From a virus (taxonomy: Duplodnaviria; Heunggongvirae; Uroviricota; Caudoviricetes), in the IMG/VR virus record IMGVR_UViG_2778261538_000002: a DNA stretch of 38,253 nt, one strand, 5' to 3'. Shown here piece after piece: positions 1-10,684 of this stretch (the first letter of the stretch is position 1; every line of letters starts with the position of its first letter). The position numbers were made by a program, and so were the translations under genes. Under the pieces are notes generated by a model. It was given only the letters and a program-made list of their open reading frames with translations. It was not told the DNA's origin and made no database searches.

Positions 1-258
1 ATGCAAACCGTTATTTTTGGTCGTCCGGGTTGCCCTTACTGTGTGCGTGCAAAAGATCTGGCTGAGAAATTGAGCAATGAACGCGATGATTTCCAGTATC
101 AGTATGTAGATATTCGTGCGGAAGGGATCACTAAAGAAGATCTACAACAAAAGGCAGGTAAACCCGTAGAAACCGTGCCGCAGATTTTTGTCGATCAGCA
201 ACATATCGGCGGCTATACCGATTTTGCTGCATGGGTGAAAGAGAATCTGGACGCCTGA
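1..258 (+). CDS. grxA: glutaredoxin 1
   Basis: 85-aa ORF with CPYC redox motif (GRPGCPYCVRAK); matches E. coli GrxA as I recall it; stop TGA at 256-258. Confidence 0.93.
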   Translation: MQTVIFGRPGCPYCVRAKDLAEKLSNERDDFQYQYVDIRAEGITKEDLQQKAGKPVETVPQIFVDQQHIGGYTDFAAWVKENLDA

Positions 259-287
259 TCGTCTGACAAGCCCTCGCATTGAGGGCT

Positions 288-665
288 TTATTGATTTTTT
301 CTGTGCTGTGGTTTAAACAAACTACTGATAAATAAGAAACACAATGCCCCCAGCGCACACCAGAACACCGCACTTAATAACCATGCCAGCTCTTGCCAGA
401 ATGAGCGCGTCGGTGAAAAAAACAGCCGCATAATGAGCATCGAGCAGGGTGCCGCCAGCATTGCGCCAAACAGAGGTTTCAGGACTTCTCTACGATGTGA
501 AAAGAAGCTGGCAACTGCACCAGGAAGAATGAAAAATAGCAAACCGATTTCAGGATGCCCGGCAGCCCGAAAAGCGCCTTTCATGTGCGTCGCCAGAAAA
601 AGACACACCACAATGAAGAGGACAAAACAGCAGATTGCCCCCGCCCAACGTTGTTTATGTTTCAC
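288..665 (-). CDS. ybjM: inner membrane protein YbjM
   Basis: 125-aa hydrophobic ORF convergent with grxA, as in the E. coli K-12 neighbourhood (window is reverse-complemented relative to K-12). Confidence 0.8.
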   Translation of the reverse strand: MKHKQRWAGAICCFVLFIVVCLFLATHMKGAFRAAGHPEIGLLFFILPGAVASFFSHRREVLKPLFGAMLAAPCSMLIMRLFFSPTRSFWQELAWLLSAVFWCALGALCFLFISSLFKPQHRKNQ

Positions 666-934
666 TCGTTCCTCCTGACACTGCGTCTATCGAACACATT
701 TTTCGCCAGTGTGGCGTTCAGTAAGATAAAGCCGCTTCGCATTCCATGCTAATATAGGCCAACGCAATTCATATAGCCGTTGATACCTAATGTGATTACA
801 CTAGTAAAATATATTGTTACTTTACTATCGTTTAGGTGCGCTGAATGAATCTGCGCCCTGAATTCTGGTAAAAAACATTATCGTAAATTACCATTTCTTT
901 CAACAGCTTACTAGTAAACAAGAAGTTAGCCTCC

Positions 935-2620
935 GTGAATATAAACGTCGCCGAATTGTTAAATGGGAATTACATTCTGTTATTATTTGTGGTCCTCGCG
1001 CTTGGGCTATGTCTCGGGAAATTACGACTTGGTTCGATCCAACTGGGTAATTCCATTGGCGTTTTAGTCGTATCGCTGTTATTAGGCCAACAACATTTCA
1101 GCATTAACACCGACGCGCTTAATCTTGGCTTTATGCTGTTTATTTTCTGCGTCGGGGTCGAAGCCGGACCGAACTTTTTTTCCATTTTTTTTCGCGATGG
1201 GAAAAATTACCTAATGTTAGCACTGGTGATGGTTGGCAGTGCGCTGGTGATCGCCTTAGGGTTAGGTAAGCTGTTTGGCTGGGATATTGGCCTGACGGCC
1301 GGTATGTTAGCTGGCTCTATGACGTCGACACCGGTTCTGGTCGGTGCTGGCGATACACTGCGTCATTCCGGCATGGAAAGCAGGCAGCTCTCACTGGCAC
1401 TGGATAATCTGAGCCTCGGGTATGCCTTAACCTATTTAATCGGTCTGGTGAGTTTGATTGTTGGTGCGCGTTACTTGCCGAAATTGCAGCATCAGGACTT
1501 ACAGACCAGCGCCCAGCAAATCGCCCGCGAACGTGGCCTGGACACTGATGCCAACCGTAAGGTTTATTTACCGGTGATCCGCGCCTACCGCGTCGGCCCG
1601 GAGCTGGTGGCCTGGACCGACGGCAAAAATCTGCGTGAACTGGGTATTTATCGACAAACTGGCTGCTACATTGAACGTATTCGACGTAACGGGATTCTGG
1701 CAAATCCAGACGGTGATGCGGTGCTACAAATGGGCGATGAAATAGCGTTGGTAGGCTATCCCGACGCCCACGCCCGACTCGATCCCAGCTTCCGTAACGG
1801 CAAAGAAGTTTTCGATCGTGACCTTCTCGACATGCGTATCGTCACTGAAGAAGTGGTCGTTAAAAACCATAACGCCGTTGGCAAACGTCTCGCACAACTG
1901 AAGTTGACCGATCACGGTTGCTTCCTTAACCGCGTCATTCGTAGCCAGATTGAGATGCCGATAGATGACAACGTCGTGCTTAACAAAGGTGACGTTTTAC
2001 AAGTCAGCGGCGATGCCCGTCGCGTAAAAACCATCGCCGATCGCATCGGCTTTATCTCGATTCACAGCCAGGTCACTGACTTGCTGGCATTCTGCGCCTT
2101 CTTTGTTATTGGGCTGATGATCGGGATGATCACCTTCCAGTTCAGCACATTCAGTTTCGGCATGGGGAACGCTGCCGGGTTGTTATTCGCCGGAATTATG
2201 CTGGGATTTATGCGCGCTAACCACCCGACCTTCGGTTACATTCCGCAGGGTGCATTAAGCATGGTGAAAGAGTTCGGCTTAATGGTGTTTATGGCAGGCG
2301 TTGGTCTGAGCGCCGGTAGCGGTATTAATAACGGCCTGGGCGCGATTGGCGGTCAGATGTTGATTGCCGGATTGATTGTCAGTCTTGTGCCAGTGGTTAT
2401 CTGTTTCTTGTTCGGTGCTTATGTATTGCGAATGAACCGCGCACTGTTGTTCGGCGCAATGATGGGCGCACGCACCTGCGCGCCGGCAATGGAGATCATC
2501 AGTGATACAGCTCGCAGTAACATCCCGGCGCTGGGCTATGCGGGCACCTATGCAATCGCCAACGTCCTGCTGACGCTGGCAGGGACAATCATCGTCATGG
2601 TATGGCCAGGATTAGGATAA
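935..2620 (+). CDS. ybjL: putative AAE-family transporter YbjL
   Basis: 561-aa polytopic membrane ORF with central soluble domains; GTG start at 935; matches my recollection of E. coli YbjL. Confidence 0.88.
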
Positions 2621-2855
2621 AACTGAAGTTGCCCTGAAAATGAAATTTTTTTGCACAACCGCAGAACTTTTCCGCAGGGCATCAGTCTTAATTAGTGCCA
2701 CTGCTTTTCTTTGATGTCCCCATTTTGTGGAGCCCATCAACCCCGCCATTTCGGTTCAAGGTTGATGGGTTTTTTGTTGCCTTAAATTTATGCCGTTTAA
2801 AATCATGATGTTAGAAGCACTGTTTTTTAACGATGGCGACAAAATGGCGGCAGCG
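2621..2855. other. host-prophage junction; attachment site expected here
   Basis: interval between the ybjL stop and the first phage gene (ogr); exact core repeat cannot be defined because the other att lies outside the window. Confidence 0.4.
2733..2776 (+). terminator. rho-independent terminator downstream of ybjL
   Basis: perfect 10-bp inverted repeat cccatcaacc/ggttgatggg (2733-2742 and 2760-2769) followed by TTTTTT; loop is long (17 nt). Confidence 0.5.
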
Positions 2856-3074
2856 TCAAAGAGAGAGCGCCACCTGTCCTGATTTCATTGGATGCGGCTG
2901 AACCGGATTTGACTCTTTTGGCGTTGCAATCGAACGAACAAAAGTTTCATGGGTAACAAAAGTATGGCTGCAGTTAATGTTCTGGCACTGGTTGTAACGC
3001 TCTTTGGTCAATGAAGATACCTGAAAACTGCTGCGAGTATGGGCGGCACTTCCACACAGTGGGCAAATCATCAT
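2856..3074 (-). CDS. ogr: late gene transcriptional activator (Ogr/Delta zinc-finger family)
   Basis: about 72 aa from the tandem Met; CPLCG...CQNINC four-Cys zinc finger and KERY motif as in P2 Ogr; sits next to gene D as in P2. Confidence 0.8.
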   Translation of the reverse strand: MMICPLCGSAAHTRSSFQVSSLTKERYNQCQNINCSHTFVTHETFVRSIATPKESNPVQPHPMKSGQVALSL

Positions 3075-3164
3075 TTTTCGAGTTCTCCCCATTTTTGCTA
3101 AATTCACAATAATGATACCGCATTATTCCATTTTGCAAACTTAAAAGTTCTCCATTGCGAAGAA

Positions 3165-4265
3165 TCATTCCATTTCGAAATCATCAATCCTCACTTCAAG
3201 TTCCAGACTGGTTGTAAAACCGTTATCCGGGCTGACGGTATGTGTCAGAGTCGTAATGGTCCATTCCGCATCATCTATCGGCTGTTTAAAGCCACTGACT
3301 TTCACAGGCATTTCCGTATAAAGATCTGCCCGTCCTTCTGCCAGTTGCAGCGAGAATGACGCAACGCCGCGTTGCAGGCGTTCCCACTGCATTTTTGCCG
3401 CTCGTTCGGCGTTGCTCCGGTTGGCATAAGTGCGATTAAGTACCAGCACGTTTTCATCCGTCCCCACCAGGTAATCGCCCTGCTTCGCTTCCGGCTCTTT
3501 CTTCTGCTTCTTGGTCCTGCGCTTACGCTTCACCGTTGTGTTTTCTTTCTTCGCGGGTTCACGGGTATGCAACCAGCTGGCAATGACGCCCGTGTAAGCT
3601 CCGCGATCCGCCAGGGTAAAGCGGTGACTGTCGCCGTCCTTACGTGTGATAGTGATCACCGGCAGAGGTTTACCGCTGGCACTTTTACCCTGACCCTGCA
3701 GGATGAATAACAGATTGCCATTTTTCACCGACGCAATAGCACCGTACTGGCGCGCCAGCCGCATCAGAAAACTGCCGTCACTCTCATTAGTCTGGTCTAT
3801 ATGATCCACGGGTTTATCAGACAGGTCTTTACCCAGTGCCATCTTCAGTTTGTGACGCGCAGCTATTTCCTTCACCACTTCCCCGACAGTGGTCTTGTGC
3901 CACGATTTTTCACGACGGGTATTCAGCGTTTCCCTAAAATCAGCACTTCGCGCCCGGATAGTCAGGCGATCCGGTGCGCCAGTGTGTTCAATCTCGTCCA
4001 CCGTGAATGCCCCTTTCGGGAAAAGCGGCTGCCCTTTCCAGCCCAGCGCCAGCGTAATAACCGCACCACGACGCGGCAGCACGATTTTTCCGTCGGCATC
4101 ATCCAGTTCCAGATCAAGCTGGTCCGCTTCAAAGCCCCGGTTATCCGTCAGCGTCAGCCCCATCAGGCGGTTGTCCAGCACAGTAGTGATATCTCTGCCC
4201 TCAATACTGATGCTGAATGCGGGAGTTTTGTTGCCTTTGTTAAGCAGTTCAGAGCTGAAATTCAC
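3165..4265 (-). CDS. D: tail protein D (late control gene D)
   Basis: 366-aa ORF, last gene of the tail operon, recognised as P2 gpD-like; stop of U abuts its start. Confidence 0.88.
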   Translation of the reverse strand: MNFSSELLNKGNKTPAFSISIEGRDITTVLDNRLMGLTLTDNRGFEADQLDLELDDADGKIVLPRRGAVITLALGWKGQPLFPKGAFTVDEIEHTGAPDRLTIRARSADFRETLNTRREKSWHKTTVGEVVKEIAARHKLKMALGKDLSDKPVDHIDQTNESDGSFLMRLARQYGAIASVKNGNLLFILQGQGKSASGKPLPVITITRKDGDSHRFTLADRGAYTGVIASWLHTREPAKKENTTVKRKRRTKKQKKEPEAKQGDYLVGTDENVLVLNRTYANRSNAERAAKMQWERLQRGVASFSLQLAEGRADLYTEMPVKVSGFKQPIDDAEWTITTLTHTVSPDNGFTTSLELEVRIDDFEME

Positions 4266-4747
4266 GACAGCAGCCCTCCCACCGTTTTACTGATATAGCT
4301 TAAGGCAGACGTTGCCGTGTCCTGCAGATTATTCAGTTGCGCACTAAGATCACCGAACATATCGGACAGGGATTCATCCACCCGTTTGAGCGACAAAGTG
4401 AACTCAATCCGGCGCGGCATACCATCGCGGAAAAACTCCGTTTTAGTCTGATTCAGTCCCTCAATCACATACATGCCGTAAATCGTGCCGCTGCCTTCAA
4501 TCAGAGGCCATGCTTTCCCCTGTTCTGCCATCTGCTCCAGTGCCAGCAACGACAGCCTGCCACCTGTTATCTCCGGCATAAGAACACCGGAAAGTGTCAG
4601 CATGTCGTTGTCCGGTCCCAGAAACTGCGTGGACGGACGTCGGTTTACCCGGCTGTTAGCCACATGTCGCCAGCTGCGTTGATACTGCAGTTCCTGATAC
4701 GGAACGGTGCGCAGCATAAACACGTACAATCCCAGCACCATCATCAT
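4262..4747 (-). CDS. U: tail protein U
   Basis: 161-aa ORF; start overlaps the T stop (ATGA); P2 gpU-like. Confidence 0.85.
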   Translation of the reverse strand: MMMVLGLYVFMLRTVPYQELQYQRSWRHVANSRVNRRPSTQFLGPDNDMLTLSGVLMPEITGGRLSLLALEQMAEQGKAWPLIEGSGTIYGMYVIEGLNQTKTEFFRDGMPRRIEFTLSLKRVDESLSDMFGDLSAQLNNLQDTATSALSYISKTVGGLLS

Positions 4748-7700
4748 GCGTCGTATCCCCCCTGATCGCTGTAGTTACTCCTGGCTTTTGCCTTCAGCCT
4801 GCGTTCACGTTCATCAAGCTGGCGTGCCACCTCCCGCGCAATATCCTGCGCACTTTGTCCTGGCTGCGTCTGGATGATGATCTGCGTCGGTGCCTCAATC
4901 CGGTGAACGGGCGGCACAGTAGCTGCGCGACTCACCATCGCTTTGCCGCCTTTCGCGGGAAGCGCCAAAGGATGCAACGGTGGAAGCTCTGCTGGCGCGG
5001 CAGCAACGCCCATCATTCCGGCAACAACGGCAGCCAGTGCAGCTGTATTTCTCCGGCTGGTCACATTTGCCGGGCCGTTAACAATTTCCGGCCCGTTTTC
5101 ACCGACGATGCCAAACTGCCCGCGCGGGATATACCCGCCGCTGTCATACATCCCCGCAAAGCCATATCCCCATGACGGAAAACCACCCGATGGCATCATC
5201 ACTTTGCCGTCTGCATTCACCGTCGCAGGTTGCTGACGCGTCACGCTTTCCGGTAGTTTTGCCTTTGCGGCCTCTTTACTGACAATGCCGAGTTTCTCCA
5301 GCAACCAGGAAACGCCGGATTTCAGGGAGTCCAGCGGATGCATGACCATATTCAGCCCTTCCGCCAGTGCCTCCCCGAATCGTCGCCCCATTGCCGCTGC
5401 GCTCTGCAGTTCGGCAGAGGTCGACTTAACGGGCGTCAGCAGATCAGTAAACCAGCCCCACAGAGCCTGCACTTTGTCACCAATCCACTGAAACACGGGC
5501 TTAAGTGGTTCGAATGCGGCACTGATGGGACCTACCGCCGCTTTGAGTCCTTCCACCACGCCACCGAGAAATGCGGTGATGGGTTGCCAGTATTTCCAGA
5601 CAACCAGCGCCACGCCCGCCAGTGCAGTAACCACAAGACCTATCGGACTGAGCAGAGCACCTAACAGACCAGATATGGCATACAGGGCAACGCGCAGCAT
5701 CACCAGCGGACCGGATGCCAGCACTCGCAACACTGCACCTGCGGCAGTCAGTCCACCGCGCAGTGCCGCCAGTGGATTCATAAACATCAAGGCAACAGCA
5801 CGTAAACCGGATAAACCGGACCGCAACAGTGCAACAGGCGCAGCTGCCACAGTTTTCAGGGCATTTCCCGTCAGTGATGCCGTGCGGCGCAAAGACAACA
5901 GCGGCGCAGTAAGCAAACCCGCACTGCTCCCCGATGAAGCAAACCCGCGTCGCAGCACTGCCAGTGGCGCGCCTGCCAGCCTGGATAACGCGCTGCTGGT
6001 TCGTGTTACTGCATCCGTCACCGAAGGTAACGTCTTGATACCCAGCACAGAGAATCCCAGACGGATGACTGCCAGCGGCCCCAGCACTGCAGCCAACACC
6101 ACAGCCAGGGTGCCGAGGCCCACGGTAACCGCAGCCACAACAGCGGCTACTTTCATCAGTGTGCCCGTCAGTTCCGGGTTAGCTTCCACCCAGCGACGCG
6201 ACGCCCCCGTGACGCTTTTCACCATGTACAAAATATCCATCAGCGGCTGGCGCAGCGTTTCGCCCAGGCTGCTGAAGGTGTTCTGCGCTCCGGTTTTGAC
6301 CAGCAACCACTGCGCAGAAAGTGAATCCTTGTTAATGTCGGATTCTTTCTGCATGGAGCCGAGCGCATCATTGCCCGCTGTCAGTTTTAGCTGGCGCTGC
6401 AGTTCCGGCAGGTTGTTTGCCAGTTTCGCCGCGTCATCGCCAAACTCTTTACCAAACAACATGGTCATGGCAGACAGGCGCTTATCCTGCGGAAGCGCAT
6501 TCACCTTCTCCAGTACGCGCTGGATGGTTCCCATCGCATCCTTCGTCATCTGCTTTTCAATCACTTCAGGATTGAGTTTCAGCAGATTCATTCCTTCAAA
6601 GAAACTCTTGCTCTGCATGGTGGCAATGGACAATTCACGCACCATCGCGTTTGCTGCACTGGCTGCAACCTCCGGCGCAGCACCCAGTGTCAGGAAGGTT
6701 GAACCCAGCGCCGCCGCTTTACGATAATCCAGACGGTCAGCCACACCGCCCAGGCGTTGCATGACATCAATGATGTCTGCCCCTTTCGACATGGCGTTAT
6801 CATCCAGATAGTTCAGCGCGTCACCGAGCTGTTCAATATTGCGGGTAGGGATTTTGTAGAGCTGGGCGATTTTCCCCAGACTTTCTGACAGTTCATCCGC
6901 TGGCAGCTCAAAGGCTGTTGCCGCCTTTGCTGCCGTGCTGGCGAAGGCCAGCAGGTCACGTTTCTGGTCTTCCCAGCTGTCGTCAGGGTTTGCGACGTTC
7001 ATGCGCGCACCACCTTCAACCAGTGCAGCGAAATCCACCGCACCGTTTTCCATCGGCAACTGTTCGCTGGCAGCCTTGATGGCATCCTGCATTTCATAAA
7101 AACGTGCAGTGCGGTTGCCATTATCGTCACGCAGACCATTGACCTGCTTTGCCACACCTTTCATGGCATCTTCCATGCTGGTATAGCTTTTTACTGCCGC
7201 CATCACTGGTGCGCCCATTGCCAGCCCTGCAGCCGTGGTGGTGGCTCCTGCACCTGCAATACGATCACGCACCTCCAGTGAACGAGCATAACTGGCACGC
7301 GCCGCATTCATCCTGCGCTGAGCTTCCCCCAGTCGCTTCAGCCGCGCCTCCTGTTTCGACAATTCCTGGTTATAACGTGATGTTTCACGTGCTAAACGGG
7401 CAGTTGCTCCCGCATCATCTTTCGCAGAAATTCCCGCCCGGTACAGTTCTGCACGCACAAGCGCCGTTTGCTTCTGCAAATATTTTTGTTGTTCTTCCAG
7501 GCGTTGGACTGCCAGCGTTTGCCGACCTAAAGCCACAAGGTGCCGTTGTGATGGTTGTTCCATCGCTTCCAGCTCAGAACTAAGCAAATTTGCCTTCTGT
7601 CTGGCATAGTTCAGCCTGTCGCCTAACTTTTTGTTATCGGCCTGCAGCTTGCGAAATTTTTCCAGGCTGTTACCCGCCTGATTGAGTTGCTTTAATGCGT

Positions 7701-7821
7701 CACGGGAGTTTCTGATTGCGCCAGCCAGCTCTTTCGAACTGGCCTGTGCAGCACGAAATGGGCGGGTGAGCTTGTCAACCGCATTCAGAATCACCTGCAG
7801 ACGCAGGTTATTGTCACTCAT
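4744..7821 (-). CDS. T: tail tape measure protein
   Basis: 1025-aa ORF, N-terminal coiled-coil, Ala/Gly-rich hydrophobic repeats; position between E/E' and U. Confidence 0.9.
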   Translation of the reverse strand: MSDNNLRLQVILNAVDKLTRPFRAAQASSKELAGAIRNSRDALKQLNQAGNSLEKFRKLQADNKKLGDRLNYARQKANLLSSELEAMEQPSQRHLVALGRQTLAVQRLEEQQKYLQKQTALVRAELYRAGISAKDDAGATARLARETSRYNQELSKQEARLKRLGEAQRRMNAARASYARSLEVRDRIAGAGATTTAAGLAMGAPVMAAVKSYTSMEDAMKGVAKQVNGLRDDNGNRTARFYEMQDAIKAASEQLPMENGAVDFAALVEGGARMNVANPDDSWEDQKRDLLAFASTAAKAATAFELPADELSESLGKIAQLYKIPTRNIEQLGDALNYLDDNAMSKGADIIDVMQRLGGVADRLDYRKAAALGSTFLTLGAAPEVAASAANAMVRELSIATMQSKSFFEGMNLLKLNPEVIEKQMTKDAMGTIQRVLEKVNALPQDKRLSAMTMLFGKEFGDDAAKLANNLPELQRQLKLTAGNDALGSMQKESDINKDSLSAQWLLVKTGAQNTFSSLGETLRQPLMDILYMVKSVTGASRRWVEANPELTGTLMKVAAVVAAVTVGLGTLAVVLAAVLGPLAVIRLGFSVLGIKTLPSVTDAVTRTSSALSRLAGAPLAVLRRGFASSGSSAGLLTAPLLSLRRTASLTGNALKTVAAAPVALLRSGLSGLRAVALMFMNPLAALRGGLTAAGAVLRVLASGPLVMLRVALYAISGLLGALLSPIGLVVTALAGVALVVWKYWQPITAFLGGVVEGLKAAVGPISAAFEPLKPVFQWIGDKVQALWGWFTDLLTPVKSTSAELQSAAAMGRRFGEALAEGLNMVMHPLDSLKSGVSWLLEKLGIVSKEAAKAKLPESVTRQQPATVNADGKVMMPSGGFPSWGYGFAGMYDSGGYIPRGQFGIVGENGPEIVNGPANVTSRRNTAALAAVVAGMMGVAAAPAELPPLHPLALPAKGGKAMVSRAATVPPVHRIEAPTQIIIQTQPGQSAQDIAREVARQLDERERRLKAKARSNYSDQGGYDA

Positions 7822-8250
7822 GGCTGGCCCCGCTTCTCTGAATCGCTTTATACCGCCATTCCAGCACTTCGGTCAGCGGCATAACGTCAGTAACGGATGG
7901 CGGCCAGTGAAAGATGGTGGCGATATCAGCCACCAGATCGTCAACCGTCAGGCTGTCGGTAAACCGGCAAGCACCGACTTCTTCAACAAAAAAGTGACAA
8001 CCTCAACCGACATGGCAGTGAGATCTGCCGGGTCCATCTCTGCAATTTCCTGTGCAGTCAGTGCCGGACTGGAAATGCGGGGGATCACGGTCATCATCGC
8101 GTTCACATCCATATCCATAATGGCCTGCAGGCGTGTACCGCGCAGCGCACCAGACTGCGGTTTACGCAGCACAATTTCGGTGATTTCCGTTTTACCGCGC
8201 TTGATAGGGGTATCCAGTTGAATGGTCTTTTCAGTCTGCTTATCACTCAT
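7814..8250 (-). CDS. E+E': tail assembly chaperone E+E' (programmed -1 frameshift product)
   Basis: slippery heptamer TTTTTTG on the - strand (forward 7987-7993); hand translation of the -1 frame gives an open extension ending TGA at 7814-7816 that overlaps the T start (ATG at 7821). Confidence 0.65.
7948..8250 (-). CDS. E: tail assembly chaperone E
   Basis: 100-aa ORF between FII and T; P2 gpE-like. Confidence 0.85.
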   Translation of the reverse strand: MSDKQTEKTIQLDTPIKRGKTEITEIVLRKPQSGALRGTRLQAIMDMDVNAMMTVIPRISSPALTAQEIAEMDPADLTAMSVEVVTFLLKKSVLAGLPTA

Positions 8251-8304
8251 TTTTCTGTCCTGTAAATTGGGTTCTGGCGCGGCATTCCGCGCCGTTCAGA
8301 TACA

Positions 8305-8820
8305 TCAGAGGCCGAGGGCGTTGCGGTGCGCTTCCATCAGGTCCACTCCGTCCACAATTTCCACCATGTTGATAAGGTCCACTTCATAGAGCACCTCACC
8401 ATTGATGGTCAGCTTCGCGTAGCTGTTGGTACTGGTCACTTTGGTGGTGTTACTTTCGCCCGTCTTCCACTCGCCGGAATCCACTTCTTTGTGACGACCA
8501 CGCACCACAAGCTCCACGGCCTGCACTTCCCCGGTATCGTCACGCTGGATAGAGCCGGTAAAGCGCAGCTGGATGCCATCCACAGTGGCTTTGCCCATCT
8601 GCTTAAACAGCAGCAGTTCAGTACCACCAATGGAAAATTCTGTGTCCAGCGCGCTGTCATCAAGCCCCAGATCCACATCCACTGCACCCGGCATTCCGCC
8701 GCCGCGATACTTCTCATATTTGCGGGTGAATTTCGGCAGCGTCAGCGATTCAACGATCCCCTGCCAGTTGTTCCCCTCGTTAAACAGGTTCAGGTGTTTT
8801 AATTTGCGTGGTAAAGCCAT
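8305..8820 (-). CDS. FII: major tail tube protein
   Basis: 171-aa ORF directly downstream of the sheath gene; P2 FII-like. Confidence 0.88.
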   Translation of the reverse strand: MALPRKLKHLNLFNEGNNWQGIVESLTLPKFTRKYEKYRGGGMPGAVDVDLGLDDSALDTEFSIGGTELLLFKQMGKATVDGIQLRFTGSIQRDDTGEVQAVELVVRGRHKEVDSGEWKTGESNTTKVTSTNSYAKLTINGEVLYEVDLINMVEIVDGVDLMEAHRNALGL

Positions 8821-8829
8821 GTTGTCCCC

Positions 8830-10002
8830 TTACGCGCTGACCTGGCTGGCAAAATTCACCAGGTACTGATCGGTGATGCGCTGACGCAGCATCAGATTTT
8901 CAAGTGGCGGCACTGGCGTGTAGTCATAGTCGATGGTGAGTTTTCCGGCTTTCAGCGTGTCTTTGTCGTTCACCGACTCATCCAGCCAGCAATCACCACC
9001 AATGAGATAGCCCTGACTGACCAGGCTGCGCATTTTGGCGCGAATACCTTCGATAATGTCGCGGGCCAGCGACGGGTTAAGCGGTTTGTCCACCGCCCAC
9101 ATGTGCGCTTCTGCCATCGTGTCCATCAGCACCTGCGCCGTGCGGGTGTAGTTCTCAAAGGCAAAAAGCGGATCATCACTCAGACAGCGGGAACCCCAGA
9201 AGCGAAAACCGTCTTTGCGGATAAGCGTGGTAACGTCGTTCTGGTTAAGCAGACCTGCATCGGTTGCCGGGTCTTGCAGATCCCAGAACACATCAGCAGA
9301 AATTCCGGTGACACCGTTCACGCCCACGTTGGACAGGCTTTTGTGCCATCCGGTCTGCTCGTCAATTTTGGCGCGCAGGCCAAGCGCACGCGCGGTGGCA
9401 TATGCCGTTGCTTCGGTATTCAGCACCGTGTCCCAGCTGATAAAATCCGGCCAGATCAGCATCCCTTCACGCTGACTGAAGTTTTCGCGGTAGGTAAGCA
9501 CTTCTTCCACTGTTTTGCAGCCATACGCCGACAGGTAAGCAAACCCGCGCAGGCTTTGCGCCACGCTCAGCAACTCAGTCGCAACGGCTTTGTTATCGTG
9601 ACCCGGCACGCCGAGAATGCGCGGTTTAACGCCGAGCTGTGACTGGGCAGATAACAGGGCTTTCATGCCTGTTTTTTTACCTTCAGCAGTCACTGCGCCG
9701 ATGATATTGGTTGTGGTTTCTTCTTCCGTTTCACCCTGCGGCACACGCACAACAACGGTCACGGGTTTTGCCTGGTCAGCGATGGCATCCAGCGAACGGG
9801 CCAGCGTGCCGGACTCACCCGCTTTACCGCTGGCAGTCAGTACATCAGTGATCAGCACGGGTTTATTAAGAGGAAACATTTTTGCATCGGCATCATCGCC
9901 CGTGCAGACCATACCCACGATGGCGGTGCTCACCGTGGTAATGGATCGGGTGCCTTCGTTGACTTCAACAACGCGCACCCCGTGGTGGTAATCCTGAGCC
10001 AT
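8830..10002 (-). CDS. FI: tail sheath protein
   Basis: 390-aa ORF; P2 FI-like; first gene of the FI-FII-E-T-U-D operon. Confidence 0.9.
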   Translation of the reverse strand: MAQDYHHGVRVVEVNEGTRSITTVSTAIVGMVCTGDDADAKMFPLNKPVLITDVLTASGKAGESGTLARSLDAIADQAKPVTVVVRVPQGETEEETTTNIIGAVTAEGKKTGMKALLSAQSQLGVKPRILGVPGHDNKAVATELLSVAQSLRGFAYLSAYGCKTVEEVLTYRENFSQREGMLIWPDFISWDTVLNTEATAYATARALGLRAKIDEQTGWHKSLSNVGVNGVTGISADVFWDLQDPATDAGLLNQNDVTTLIRKDGFRFWGSRCLSDDPLFAFENYTRTAQVLMDTMAEAHMWAVDKPLNPSLARDIIEGIRAKMRSLVSQGYLIGGDCWLDESVNDKDTLKAGKLTIDYDYTPVPPLENLMLRQRITDQYLVNFASQVSA

Positions 10003-10029
10003 AGTGGCGAACCTCCTGATTGGATTAGG

Positions 10030-10095
10030 CTTCGCCCTATATTGAAGTGATTGTGCCTGACAAACAGCTAAGCGCAGTTGTACCGTTATTCACAC
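10030..10095 (-). promoter_or_regulatory. putative Ogr-dependent late promoter for the FI operon
   Basis: TGT-N12-ACA dyad at 10078-10095, about 80-90 nt upstream of the FI start, as in P2 late promoters. Confidence 0.45.
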
Positions 10096-10252
10096 AAAAT
10101 GACGGTATTTGTCCGCTTCCAGAAAAAATCAAAATAATGCTGATTCAGGGCGATTCATTGCTCTTATTTGCCGGAAATTTTCTATACATGGCCAGATTAT
10201 CTGGATGCGCTTGAGGTGGTAGATACGACCATCGCACCAGATATCAAATGGC

Positions 10253-10684
10253 CTACACCTCCGGCTTCGGTGGAAAGGTAATGTCAGGCGCGGTACTGGT
10301 ATCGACTTTAGTCAGTTTGTAGCGGTACCGCTGCCATTCAGCCAGACGTGGCACGTCAACATCGTCGATGTAGCCTCCTGCCTGAGCATCTGCCAGTGGG
10401 GCGATAATCGCCGTTGCCTCCGCCAGTAATGCTGATTTCTGAAAGTCCGCAGCGATAATTTGTTCTTTTTTAGATGGTGGCTGTACATCTATCCATGATG
10501 GTTTCCCATTAACATCCGGGCCGCGAGTTTTGCCTTCTGGCGGTGTGCCGCTATATTCCGTAAAAATATCTTCGTCAACATCCACCCCATTTTCAGGCCA
10601 TGCATTAACTCGCGTGTAATCATCAAATAATGCCCAGGGATAAAAAGAATTTGTCTCGCCAGAATATCTGTATTTCATTATCAA
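10253..10684 (-). CDS. G: tail fiber assembly protein
   Basis: 143-aa ORF overlapping the 3' end of the tail fiber gene; Tfa-like C-terminus. Confidence 0.8.
   Translation of the reverse strand: MIMKYRYSGETNSFYPWALFDDYTRVNAWPENGVDVDEDIFTEYSGTPPEGKTRGPDVNGKPSWIDVQPPSKKEQIIAADFQKSALLAEATAIIAPLADAQAGGYIDDVDVPRLAEWQRYRYKLTKVDTSTAPDITFPPKPEV

Noticed and set aside
2974-3168. 64-aa ORF overlapping ogr on the same strand in another frame
   Set aside because: Overlaps the zinc-finger activator gene, which has a clear conserved motif; likely spurious.
5525-6727. 400-aa ORF on the + strand inside the tape measure gene
   Set aside because: Antisense to a well-supported 1025-aa gene; Ala/Ser/Thr/Pro-rich low-complexity translation typical of a spurious frame through GC-rich coding sequence.
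10003-10252. Checked the Z/fun cargo hotspot between tail fiber assembly gene G and sheath gene FI
   Set aside because: Only a 250-bp intergenic region with promoter-like elements; no inserted gene here in this prophage.
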